Shown here piece after piece: positions 34,964 through 42,443 of a stretch of DNA of 44,426 nt. The notes beneath the pieces were generated by a model. That model was given only the letters and a program-made list of their open reading frames with translations, had not been told where the DNA came from and made no database searches. Where the stretch lies: positions 1 through 44,426 of IMG/VR virus record IMGVR_UViG_3300019458_000013. One strand, written 5' to 3'. Positions within the stretch are counted from its first letter, which is position 1; the number at the start of each line of letters is the position of its first letter. The DNA comes from a virus. The translations under genes and the position numbers were made by a program.

Positions 34964-35562
34964 GTGAGCTCCTCGTTCATGGCGGCCTTGGCGGCGTCCC
35001 TGGCGGCGTCCCAGGCGGCGGCCCCGGCGGCGGCCCCGGCGGCGTCCCAGGCGGCGGCCCAGGCGGCGGCCCAGGCGGCGGCCGCGGCGGCGGCCTCGGC
35101 GGCGTCCCAGGCGGCGTCCCAGGCGGCGGCCTTGGCGGCGGCAAGCTCATCAGTGGTCGCGCCGCCATCGAGCCACCGACGCTTCACGGCGAGTGCCTCG
35201 ATGCTGCGCTCATCCCCATTGCCGTACCCAAACAGGGCGCCGGTCGCACACCAGAGGGCAAACTCATGCAGCGCGCGGGTCGCGTCCTGCATCCATACCA
35301 CCGTGCGCTCCGTGGCGACGACCTTATCCGTATCCCTCAGGATCACTCCGCCGAGCGTGACGGCGCAGACCCACAGACCGTCGATGTCCTTCGGGGCGTA
35401 GGCCAGCGCATCGATGGCCCGTACCGAGGCGTGAAAGCCGTGCCGGCCGAGCACGGGCGGCTGCTGGGTCGTCACGGTCATGCCCGATTCGATCCGGGTG
35501 TGTGGCGGGAATCGGAGCCGCCGATGGTGAGGCAGGAAGTGCCAGTATACATCCGACGTCAT
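34936..35562 (-). CDS. accessory protein: globular N-domain plus an Ala/Trp period-4 repeat tail
   Basis: ATGA overlap with the upstream gene. HGFHASVRAIDALAYA...VCAVTLGGVIL is followed by AAWDAAWDAAEAAAAAAAWAAAWAAAWDAAGAAAGAAAWDAARDAAKAA. It resembles a widespread uncharacterised family. Confidence 0.65.
   Translation of the reverse strand: MTSDVYWHFLPHHRRLRFPPHTRIESGMTVTTQQPPVLGRHGFHASVRAIDALAYAPKDIDGLWVCAVTLGGVILRDTDKVVATERTVVWMQDATRALHEFALWCATGALFGYGNGDERSIEALAVKRRWLDGGATTDELAAAKAAAWDAAWDAAEAAAAAAAWAAAWAAAWDAAGAAAGAAAWDAARDAAKAAMNEELTCRLLVLKS
34981..35142. repeat. 13.5 x 12-bp tandem repeat, consensus GGCG(G/T)CCNNGGC
   Basis: Splitting the run into 12-mers gives 13 consecutive units plus a half unit. 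It encodes the AAW(D/A) period-4 array on the minus strand. Confidence 0.9.
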
Positions 35563-35879
35563 ATGACGTCCGCGATCGCCTGCGTCGCTCGCCACTCGTG
35601 ACACGGGCAGACCGCCACCGTGATCGGAATGCGCCGGACCTTGGTGGTCAAACCGCCGCTCGTCGTCCAGTGGCAGTCGTGTTCTTGGGAGAAGCACGGC
35701 AGCTTCCCGTAGGCGTCAACTGTCTTCGCGGCCTCGGTGGCTTTCTCCAGCAGCACGCGGAGCGTCATCCCGTGAATGGCCATCCTCGTCGCTCCTGTCG
35801 CCCACACCCGGATTGAGCTCCAGGGAAGCGGCTCGTCCGTTGGGGAGTGTCCGCGAAGGGTCACGCGAATGTCCTCCAT
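35559..35879 (-). CDS. hypothetical protein (106 aa)
   Basis: ATG preceded by GGAGGAG. The track ORF extends to a TTG at 35993. Confidence 0.45.
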   Translation of the reverse strand: MEDIRVTLRGHSPTDEPLPWSSIRVWATGATRMAIHGMTLRVLLEKATEAAKTVDAYGKLPCFSQEHDCHWTTSGGLTTKVRRIPITVAVCPCHEWRATQAIADVI

Positions 35880-35989
35880 CTCGTCGTCTCCTCCATGGCC
35901 GGTGAAGCCAGAGCCACCGGAGCCCCCTGAGAATGGGGACGCGAGGGCGGCTTTCCCGGATCGCGTCATCGAGCCATGTGGGCATCGAC

Positions 35990-36565
35990 TCAATCCCAGG
36001 CGATGGCGTGCCGCGTTCCACCCGACGGAGAGATTGCCACCTGCTGCTCGAGGTCCACGCCGGTCCGCTGAAACGCTGCCCCGAGCTGCATGAGCGTTCC
36101 GAGACAGGGTCGATAGCCTGCCAGCGTGTACTTGAACGCCCGGCGTAGGCTATCCAGCTCGTAGCCGGGTTGAATCGCGACCACGGCGAGGTGCCGACGC
36201 AACGTGGAGACCAGCGCCTCGATTGTGGTATGGATCAAAGTGCCATCCCAGGCGAATTGACAGAGGGCGAAATCAAAGTGCGCAATGCAGTCGCGGGCAT
36301 CCGTGAACCGCGGAACGCGGATCAATTGAATCGGAGACGCGACGAAAGAGCATACTCGAGGGGTGCGTCGGTGCTCCGTCAAGCTATTCGCCTCGATAAA
36401 GGCGGCTTCCGCCTCTTCGTCACACGCGAAAATGTCGATATCCGAGGTCTGGGGCTCTCCGGCAAACCAACGGCGGACCGCTCCACCCGCACACCAGACC
36501 CGCTCGTTGAGACCAGAGACGGCCGGTGCGTGACCGTGCATCATCGTCGGGGGAATCGTTAACAT
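35990..36565 (-). CDS. minimal Pol-beta-superfamily nucleotidyltransferase (CCA-adding/poly(A) polymerase head-like)
   Basis: VWCAGGAVRRWFAGEPQTSDIDIF matches the GG.VR...(x)...D.D pattern of class II tRNA nucleotidyltransferase heads. Only 191 aa. Confidence 0.55.
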   Translation of the reverse strand: MLTIPPTMMHGHAPAVSGLNERVWCAGGAVRRWFAGEPQTSDIDIFACDEEAEAAFIEANSLTEHRRTPRVCSFVASPIQLIRVPRFTDARDCIAHFDFALCQFAWDGTLIHTTIEALVSTLRRHLAVVAIQPGYELDSLRRAFKYTLAGYRPCLGTLMQLGAAFQRTGVDLEQQVAISPSGGTRHAIAWD

Positions 36566-36583
36566 ACTTCCACTCCCAGGGTA

Positions 36584-36865
36584 TCAGAACGGATCGCTCC
36601 GGTCGTCGCCCATCTCGCGCGCGGCATCGTCGAGGATGGCCTGATCGCGTTTCTTCTTCCGGTGTTCCTGCACGCGAGGGCACGTCGCGAAATGGGACAC
36701 ATAGCCCGCCAGCGCCCGGAGGAGCGTGCGTCCAGGACGAAGATCGCGGTCCTCGACAAAGATGGTGACCGGCCGGACATTCACCGGGGTGCGTTTGCCC
36801 CGGACGGTCTCCCCCCAGAGGATCGTGGCGCCGCAGGACCGACAACGCGCTTGCTGAAGGGCCAT
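36584..36865 (-). CDS. small zinc-ribbon-like protein (93 aa)
   Basis: CRSCGATILWGETVRGKRTPV...SHFATCP pattern. TGATG overlap with the upstream gene. Confidence 0.55.
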   Translation of the reverse strand: MALQQARCRSCGATILWGETVRGKRTPVNVRPVTIFVEDRDLRPGRTLLRALAGYVSHFATCPRVQEHRKKKRDQAILDDAAREMGDDRSDPF

Positions 36866-37074
36866 CACTCACCTGCTTTCCCAAACTCCGTATTCAGCGT
36901 GTCCGAGTCTCGAGCCAGGCGGTCACGAATCCATCGGATGCGCCGCACGACGCATGCCAAGTCCCCGATACCGACCTCGATCTCGACTCGGGTGGATCGT
37001 CCGTTGCCGTTGCGCCCACGGAGAACGATCCGGTCGTCCGACAGACGGAGGAGCTGGCAGTCGTGGAGCGTCAT
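36865..37074 (-). CDS. small hypothetical protein (69 aa)
   Basis: TGATG overlap with the exonuclease stop. Confidence 0.4.
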   Translation of the reverse strand: MTLHDCQLLRLSDDRIVLRGRNGNGRSTRVEIEVGIGDLACVVRRIRWIRDRLARDSDTLNTEFGKAGE

Positions 37075-38015
37075 CACTGGGCCTTCTTCGCCGCCCGCTC
37101 CGCCCGCTTCTTCAGCGTCAATGGATCGGCAAAATCGAGCTGAGAGAACGTCTTCGGTCCGACCTCGTATCCCTTGCGGTTCACGATCCGGACTTTCACC
37201 TCACCGGCATCGCAGTAGCCGACCTCGGCCAATCCGAGTGCGGCCCAGAGCGCCGTCTCGGTCGCTTCGACTTCATCATCCGCCTGTGCGCGCCGGAGCT
37301 TCGCCGCCTGCCACCGCAAGAGAACAGCCTTCGGGACCTCCTGCCGCAATCCCGGCTCGCGCTGGATCCGCCGCGCCATCTCTCGGGAAAATCCCTCGGG
37401 AGGCATCTCGTTCCGGCACACATACCGATCCCAGAACGTGAGCTCGACCACGCGAATCTCGTCCATCAGCGCCCGGGAGAGCGGAAGCTCGTAGAGCCGA
37501 AAACCCTTGCCGCCCAGGAAGGCCGCCACGTACGCGATCTCATCGACGAGCAGGCCCGCCTTCGCGACGACATCCGCTTGATGGTGCACCTGGACGATCA
37601 CGTGCTCCGGGATCTGATCCGAGCCGTCCGGACCGTAGTCGTCGTAGTAGGCCGGGCGACCCAGGAGCCCGCAGGTTTTCGCTTCGACGATCCGGATGGG
37701 CTCGACCACGGTGCGGGCGTCGAGCGTTGCCGCACGCCACGGGTTGCTGCGATCCTGGAGCCATTCGCCGTGCAGGAGATGACCGCCAAGCCGGTCACGC
37801 GCCCAGGAGAGAATCGCGTCTTCGAGGTATCTGCCGAGCACGAGAGGCGAGCCGCCATCCTGCGGATGCTCGTGCGAGCGGTCACGCTGATCGAGCGCCA
37901 CCTTCTCAGCCCACACATCGGCGGCAGTCGCCTCGGGATCGACGCCGCAGACCGCCGGAGCGTCCGAGCCGCCGAGGTAGTGCCGGCGGCGTTCGCTCTT
38001 GAGGCTCTCGTCCAT
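37074..38015 (-). CDS. YqaJ-like (lambda Exo-type) recombination exonuclease
   Basis: RRHYLGGSDAPAVCGVDP and IVEAKT motifs. TGATG overlap with the annealase gene. Confidence 0.8.
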   Translation of the reverse strand: MDESLKSERRRHYLGGSDAPAVCGVDPEATAADVWAEKVALDQRDRSHEHPQDGGSPLVLGRYLEDAILSWARDRLGGHLLHGEWLQDRSNPWRAATLDARTVVEPIRIVEAKTCGLLGRPAYYDDYGPDGSDQIPEHVIVQVHHQADVVAKAGLLVDEIAYVAAFLGGKGFRLYELPLSRALMDEIRVVELTFWDRYVCRNEMPPEGFSREMARRIQREPGLRQEVPKAVLLRWQAAKLRRAQADDEVEATETALWAALGLAEVGYCDAGEVKVRIVNRKGYEVGPKTFSQLDFADPLTLKKRAERAAKKAQ

Positions 38016-38878
38016 CACCCCTCCGCTCCGGGCTCGCGCTCCTGCTGCTGCCGTCGCGCCCGTACCTTGGCGGTCACCGTATCGGTCGGACTCGCGGGCG
38101 GGCGATCGGCCCCCTGCGCACTGCCAGGGTCGGGCACTCCCGCCGCAGGGAAGTAGTCCGCCAGAGCCGCCTCGCCGTCTTCGAGCGCCGTCTTGATGCC
38201 GCGCAGCGTCGCGATGTCATCGGCGGTCACGGCCGTGGCCTCTGGCTGCGAGAGATACGCGAGCAGTTGGCTCTCGGCCACGCCGCGCTCGCCGAACCAG
38301 CCCACGGCCGTGGCCCATCGCTGGGCAATCTTGCCCTCACTCTTCAGCGCCTTCGCGACGGTGTCCATGCACTCCTGCATGATCGCCTCGACCATCTGGC
38401 GGGGGATGACGCCCAGGAGCGCGTTGCGCTTGGCGATCGAGCAGGCGGCGTTGGCGGTGACCGACACCATGTCGTCGGAGTACCGACGCCCCTCCCGGGT
38501 GACGATCGGCCGCATGACCTCGGTGGTCACGAACAGATTGGACTCGAGGTCATGCGCGACGCCCTGCGCCACGACCCAGCGGCCGTGGTCCGAGACGATG
38601 CGCGCACCGCACCGGATGTTCCCGTACTGTGCGGCGGCGATCTCGAGGAGCCGGATCGATGGGCCCTGGATCAACCGCTTCTGCCCGGTGCGCGATTCCT
38701 TCCGCTCGAGCGTGTAGTAGCAGCTCTCGGCGACATGCCGATCCGAGAGCGCGACCTGCTTCGTCCGGGACGAGAACTCCTGGACGTTGCGCGGGTACCG
38801 CTTCGCGGTCGCGATCTGCATGTCGATCTCGGTCCGGGCAATCACGTCGAGGGTGGAAGGGAGCGTCTCTTGATTCAT
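38015..38878 (-). CDS. single-strand annealing protein (RecT/Red-beta-like)
   Basis: GGAGG lies 6 nt upstream of the ATG at 38878. TAKRYPRN...GPSIRLLEIAA..YGN...NAACSIAKRNALLGVIP. Paired with the exonuclease. Confidence 0.7.
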   Translation of the reverse strand: MNQETLPSTLDVIARTEIDMQIATAKRYPRNVQEFSSRTKQVALSDRHVAESCYYTLERKESRTGQKRLIQGPSIRLLEIAAAQYGNIRCGARIVSDHGRWVVAQGVAHDLESNLFVTTEVMRPIVTREGRRYSDDMVSVTANAACSIAKRNALLGVIPRQMVEAIMQECMDTVAKALKSEGKIAQRWATAVGWFGERGVAESQLLAYLSQPEATAVTADDIATLRGIKTALEDGEAALADYFPAAGVPDPGSAQGADRPPASPTDTVTAKVRARRQQQEREPGAEG

Positions 38879-38911
38879 CAATAGCCTCCAGTACATTCCG
38901 TTGTGATACAG

Positions 38912-38940
38912 TCAGTAACCCATCGAGCGGGCAGTGTCAA
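38912..38940 (-). promoter_or_regulatory. candidate leftward promoter of the recombination operon
   Basis: On the minus strand: TTGACA (38940-38935), 17 nt, TACTGA (38917-38912). Same TTGACA-N17-TACT pattern as at 1542. Confidence 0.35.
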
Positions 38941-38943
38941 GCG

Positions 38944-38982
38944 TTGCGCGTCTCGCCTGGATGATCTATAGTATCTAGATCA
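38944..38982 (+). promoter_or_regulatory. candidate rightward promoter with an overlapping inverted repeat (operator-like)
   Basis: TTGCGC (38944-38949), 17 nt, TATAGT (38967-38972). TGATCTA (38962-38968) and TAGATCA (38976-38982) form an inverted repeat that reaches the start codon. Confidence 0.45.
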
Positions 38983-39548
38983 TGCGCAATGAACAGCTCG
39001 AAAAGGCTGTGCATATTCTCGGGGGTGCGACCAAGACGAGCCATGTGCTGGACGTGTCCGTGGGCGCGATCCACCAGTGGCGAGCGCGTGGGCGGGTGCT
39101 GCGCCCGCGCTACGCGCTCCGACTCTCGCGCCTCACGGGCGTCTCGCTCGAGGGTCTCCTTGGCGACGGTGGGGAGCCGGATTCGCCGGCGGTTGCCATG
39201 CACCGGCCGGAGCCGATGGTATCCCCTACGCCACGGGTGCCGCAGGGCAACGGGAGTGCCGCGCGTCGCGGCACGCGCCTACCCGACGACTTTACGCTGA
39301 CCGAGGAACTCGCGGCCTTCTGTCGCACGCAGGGATGTCGCAACCCCCAGGCGCTCTTCGAGCACTTCCAGGATCACTGGCGGGCGGTCGCGGGACAGCG
39401 GGGGGTCAAGCTCGACTGGGTCGCGACGCTCAAGAATTGGGCACGCCGGCACCTCGCCTGTCCATGCGAGAAGCCGGGCGGAGGCCCTCCGAAGACCCGG
39501 TACCTCGATCGCCAGGAGATGGAGCGGCGATGGGGACGGACCGAGTGA
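38982..39548 (+). CDS. Cro/YdaS-like HTH fused to a DnaT-like replication-associated domain
   Basis: AVHILGGATKTSHVLDVSVGAIHQWRARGRV at the N-terminus. LPDDFTLTEE...FEHFQDHWRAVAGQRGVKLDWVATLKNWARR at the C-terminus. Confidence 0.65.
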   Translation: MRNEQLEKAVHILGGATKTSHVLDVSVGAIHQWRARGRVLRPRYALRLSRLTGVSLEGLLGDGGEPDSPAVAMHRPEPMVSPTPRVPQGNGSAARRGTRLPDDFTLTEELAAFCRTQGCRNPQALFEHFQDHWRAVAGQRGVKLDWVATLKNWARRHLACPCEKPGGGPPKTRYLDRQEMERRWGRTE

Positions 39549-39549
39549 G

Positions 39550-39825
39550 ATGGATCGAGACCACGCACAGCAGCTCCCCCGGGGGGATCGGGACGATGCA
39601 CCCGAACGTCCGGCCGAGTACCCGAGGCGTAACGGGAGAACCGCGCTCCAGCGGGCGATTCGCGATCTGAGCCGACGGCTCGCCGGCTTTCCGGCCCTCA
39701 TGGAGGCGGAGCCCACGCATGGTCCGGCGATGACGGACGAGCAGATCGCCGAGCGAAAGGCTCTACTGCGCGCGCAGGCTGCCGCCTGCAGCCACGCACG
39801 CCATCCGGAGCGAGCCGAGGCATAG
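39550..39825 (+). CDS. hypothetical protein (91 aa)
   Basis: ATG 2 nt after the previous stop. Confidence 0.4.
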   Translation: MDRDHAQQLPRGDRDDAPERPAEYPRRNGRTALQRAIRDLSRRLAGFPALMEAEPTHGPAMTDEQIAERKALLRAQAAACSHARHPERAEA

Positions 39826-39865
39826 GCTCGGCGCGTTGCGAGGCGCTCAGGGGCATGCGGGCATC

Positions 39866-40492
39866 CTAGCGGATCGACAGGTCGCCGGCTGCTCTCCACC
39901 CCGCCGCGAACGCGGGGCTCGAGGTGAGGTCGTCGGCGTGGATCGGGCCGGGGACGGTGGCCTTCGCTCCCTGCACTTCGAGCCAGCGTCGAATCGCCGC
40001 ACTCAGCCCCTGACTCACCACTAACGCGCCGGTACGCGCTCCCGTGTGCAACCGGTCGCGAACCCGCGCGGCGGCACCCAAGAGGAACGCCTCCCGATCC
40101 GTCCGATGCCATGGGGTTCCGCGTGCCAGGTACTCGAACCCTAACGCGATGCGGCGGTAGCGGTGGAGAAAAGCGGCCGTTGCGTCCGGCGTGCCCGCTA
40201 CCACGAGCCGTCCGGCACGATCGATGGCCGTCCGGACGCCAAGGATCCCATGTCCTAACGCATCGGCGAGTTCTTCTCGCCAGGGATCGCGGGCGAGATC
40301 GCTGGCCACCGTCCCGGTCCCGGACCCCGCTCCTCGAGGGGCCGGCTCGAGAAGCTCCTCGAGGACATAGTCGCGGGCACTGGCGAGCTGTCGGGCCTTG
40401 CGCCGCGCGGCGATCGCTTCTGGATCGGTCCGGCCTCCGGACAGACGGAGCAGCTTTCGGATTCGCTCTCGGAAGGAATCGGATTCGCCCAT
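39866..40492 (-). CDS. DUF2786-like protein
   Basis: The N-terminal FRERIRKLLRLSGGRTDPEAIAARRKARQLASARD pattern is typical of DUF2786. The ATG at 40492 was chosen; the track ORF extends to 40615. Confidence 0.55.
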   Translation of the reverse strand: MGESDSFRERIRKLLRLSGGRTDPEAIAARRKARQLASARDYVLEELLEPAPRGAGSGTGTVASDLARDPWREELADALGHGILGVRTAIDRAGRLVVAGTPDATAAFLHRYRRIALGFEYLARGTPWHRTDREAFLLGAAARVRDRLHTGARTGALVVSQGLSAAIRRWLEVQGAKATVPGPIHADDLTSSPAFAAGWRAAGDLSIR

Positions 40493-40560
40493 GTCCGGTA
40501 CCGAGGGAACACCACCGCATACCCCGTTAGGAAGCCTCTTAGGGGGCCGACCCTCGGGTT

Positions 40561-40675
40561 TGTCAAGGGACACTACAGGTAGTGGTGTCCACCGGAAAAA
40601 CCCATCCGGCACCACTACCTGTAGTGTACCAGGGGTTGTGGTGTGCCGGCGCTCCGACCACTAGGGGTAGTGGTC
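40561..40675. promoter_or_regulatory. three 14-bp palindromes CACTAC-NN-GTAGTG next to a TTGACA box (operator array or origin candidate)
   Basis: Sites at 40571-40584, 40613-40626 and 40659-40672 (the last with one mismatch). Sites 1 and 2 also form an 18-bp inverted repeat (40570-40587 with 40610-40627). The minus-strand TTGACA is at 40566-40561. Confidence 0.5.
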
Positions 40676-40682
40676 GCGCTCG

Positions 40683-40865
40683 CTACTCTGTTACGGACAT
40701 CGTCTCGACGCTGAGCGATACCCGCAGGGTGTCGAGTGCACTTATGCCGGAGTCGGATGGGTTCATTGCGCGCCGCACGAATTGGTCGGCTGCCGCTTTC
40801 GTGCTGAAGACGTGCAGGGCGTGCCGGCCGAATTCCGCATGAGCATAAACGATGTAGATAATCAT
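40683..40865 (-). CDS. small hypothetical protein (60 aa)
   Basis: GGGAGGG lies 9 nt upstream of the ATG. Sequence begins MIIYIVYAHAEFGRHALHVF... Confidence 0.45.
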   Translation of the reverse strand: MIIYIVYAHAEFGRHALHVFSTKAAADQFVRRAMNPSDSGISALDTLRVSLSVETMSVTE

Positions 40866-40913
40866 GATGCCGTACCCTCCCTGGAGCCCGTTGTGGTGGA
40901 CCGTGGCTCCGCT

Positions 40914-40955
40914 CCCCGCTCTCTCCCCATACGTCCAACCCACGAGAGAGCGGGG
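40914..40955. other. perfect 12-bp stem hairpin in an intercistronic gap
   Basis: CCCCGCTCTCTC (40914-40925) pairs with GAGAGAGCGGGG (40944-40955) across an 18-nt loop. Confidence 0.6.
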
Positions 40956-40967
40956 GCCGCAACCCGG

Positions 40968-41633
40968 TCACGCGATGGCGTGGAGCGGCGTCCCTTCCAC
41001 GGTCAATCCCTCGAGCACGCGATCGGCGATCGTGTGCCAGAATGCGCCCCGCCCCGGATCGTGCCGTTCGCGCAGATCGCCCTCGACACGCAGACACACG
41101 GCAAGCGCTGCGATCCGTTCCCGATCTTCTTCCCGCCACATGCTCCCGCATCCGCCGCAGCGGAGAATGGGCACGAGTCCGATGCCCTTGACGAGCTTCT
41201 GGGCTTGCAAGAGCGTGGCACCCTGGAATCCGTTCCGATGGACGTGGATCGGGGGCTCGAGCGTGCCGAGTCGAAACACGGTGGACCCGTACTGCACCTC
41301 TCGATGATAGAGCGGACTGCCTTCCGGACACGGTAGGCTGGTGACGTAGCCGACGCGCGCCGTAAACTGGACGTCCCTATGCTCGCATTCTTGGGACGGT
41401 GCGAATCCCGGAACGGCGAGCGCCCGGTCGTATGGATCGTACCCGCCCGGCGGCACATGATCTTCGTCCGGCCACGGGAACCGGAAGCGGAGCATGTACC
41501 GCTCCGGACCCGCCGGATTGACACTACCGCGCACGGGGTACACTTGCCCGCGTTGGTCGTAGCGCAGGTAGTACATGTCCTCGCACGTGCCGACCTTGAT
41601 TTCGGTTCCGCCGTACTTCGCATATTCGCCCAT
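40968..41633 (-). CDS. hypothetical protein (221 aa)
   Basis: GGAGG RBS. MGEYAKYGGTEIKVGTCEDMYYLRYDQ... The track ORF runs on to 42173 in the same frame, but that extension looks non-coding. Confidence 0.6.
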   Translation of the reverse strand: MGEYAKYGGTEIKVGTCEDMYYLRYDQRGQVYPVRGSVNPAGPERYMLRFRFPWPDEDHVPPGGYDPYDRALAVPGFAPSQECEHRDVQFTARVGYVTSLPCPEGSPLYHREVQYGSTVFRLGTLEPPIHVHRNGFQGATLLQAQKLVKGIGLVPILRCGGCGSMWREEDRERIAALAVCLRVEGDLRERHDPGRGAFWHTIADRVLEGLTVEGTPLHAIA

Positions 41634-41661
41634 GATGTCCTCCGTTGCTCTCTCTCGGTCG

Positions 41662-41712
41662 GCCCCATGCCGCCCGGGATGCCGGCGGGCGCCGGCACCC
41701 CGCGGGGCACGG
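41662..41712 (-). ncRNA. 51-nt structured intercistronic element, copy A
   Basis: Shares 17-nt and 14-nt flanks with copy B. The central 6-bp stem and 4-nt loop (GCCGGC gggc GCCGGC) differ in sequence from copy B. It ends 28 nt upstream of the next start codon. Confidence 0.45.
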
Positions 41713-41823
41713 CTAGTCCGCTTCCTTCCCGTCCGGGTCGCCGTAGGCGGATGCGATTTCCGTATCACAGTGTGCGCACCGCTCCGGTGGGCCCTCCCTC
41801 TGCGCGACGGTCGCACCCCTCCG

Positions 41824-41979
41824 TCAGTAGCCGCGTCGCAGATACGCCGCGCGCGACGGCGCCCCGCACGCCTGCCAGACGGGCAGGCCGGACTCCGGAT
41901 CGATTTCGTCGGCCTCCTCCTCGCGCTGCGCGTCGCGCCGCTCGCAGCGCGTGCACCCACACTCGCCCCACCCCGGCAT
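41824..41979 (-). CDS. small Cys-rich ORF (51 aa from the ATG), in frame with 42007..42183
   Basis: Third-position GC is about 87 percent across 41824-42006. ECGCTRCE and WQACG motifs. Confidence 0.35.
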   Translation of the reverse strand: MPGWGECGCTRCERRDAQREEEADEIDPESGLPVWQACGAPSRAAYLRRGY

Positions 41980-42006
41980 GCCACCGTGCGCTGCACACCC
42001 GCACCC

Positions 42007-42183
42007 TCAGGGACACGCACGCGCGCAACAGGTGTCGTCATGGCAGTACTCGCACCCCGCGTCGTCGCGCGCATCCTCGATCGGCCCGAGGGCCGGCGCA
42101 TCGGGCGGCAGCGGCCACGCACCCCGCCAATGCGGCCTACACACTGCATGCCGCCTGTCTCGATAGGCTTCACGCACGATCAT
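42007..42183 (-). CDS. small Cys-rich protein (58 aa)
   Basis: AGGAGGG lies 7 nt upstream of the ATG. CEYCHDDTCCARACP, then TGA. Confidence 0.45.
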   Translation of the reverse strand: MIVREAYRDRRHAVCRPHWRGAWPLPPDAPALGPIEDARDDAGCEYCHDDTCCARACP

Positions 42184-42198
42184 CGTTGTTCCCTCCTG

Positions 42199-42417
42199 TC
42201 ATGACCCCCCCCTCTCGTCCGCCGCGAGGTCATCGACGTGCGCCGCGATGGCCTCCAGGACGTCAGCGTCCACATCCTCGTAGCGCGTCACGCCGAGGGC
42301 GTGCATGCGCGTGCGGCACCACTCGGGTGTGATCATGACGCCGACCCGCGCGGCGTCCGGCCGCAGGTCGCGCACGGCCGCGGCGAGGTCCGAGACAGAG
42401 TGCAGATGCAGAGTCAT
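42199..42417 (-). CDS. hypothetical protein (72 aa)
   Basis: GGAGGG RBS before the ATG at 42417. Confidence 0.5.
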   Translation of the reverse strand: MTLHLHSVSDLAAAVRDLRPDAARVGVMITPEWCRTRMHALGVTRYEDVDADVLEAIAAHVDDLAADERGGS

Positions 42418-42443
42418 CGCGTCACCCTCCTGCCTGTCGAGCA

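Noticed and set aside
34981-35142. CRISPR array (also considered for the 8-bp array at 43396-43427)
   Set aside because: The units are 12 bp and 8 bp, head to tail, with no spacers. The 12-bp array is in-frame coding sequence. No cas genes are present.
36863-38018. Conserved GTGATG at three consecutive gene junctions as a special regulatory motif
   Set aside because: It is most simply explained as stop-start (TGATG) translational coupling, which is common throughout this genome (ATGA/TGATG at more than 15 junctions).
41824-42009. Genome-wide TGA reassignment as the explanation for the in-frame TGAs
   Set aside because: TGA ends many well-supported genes at the expected positions (resolvase, lysozyme, portal, capsid, protease), often within ATGA/TGATG coupling junctions.
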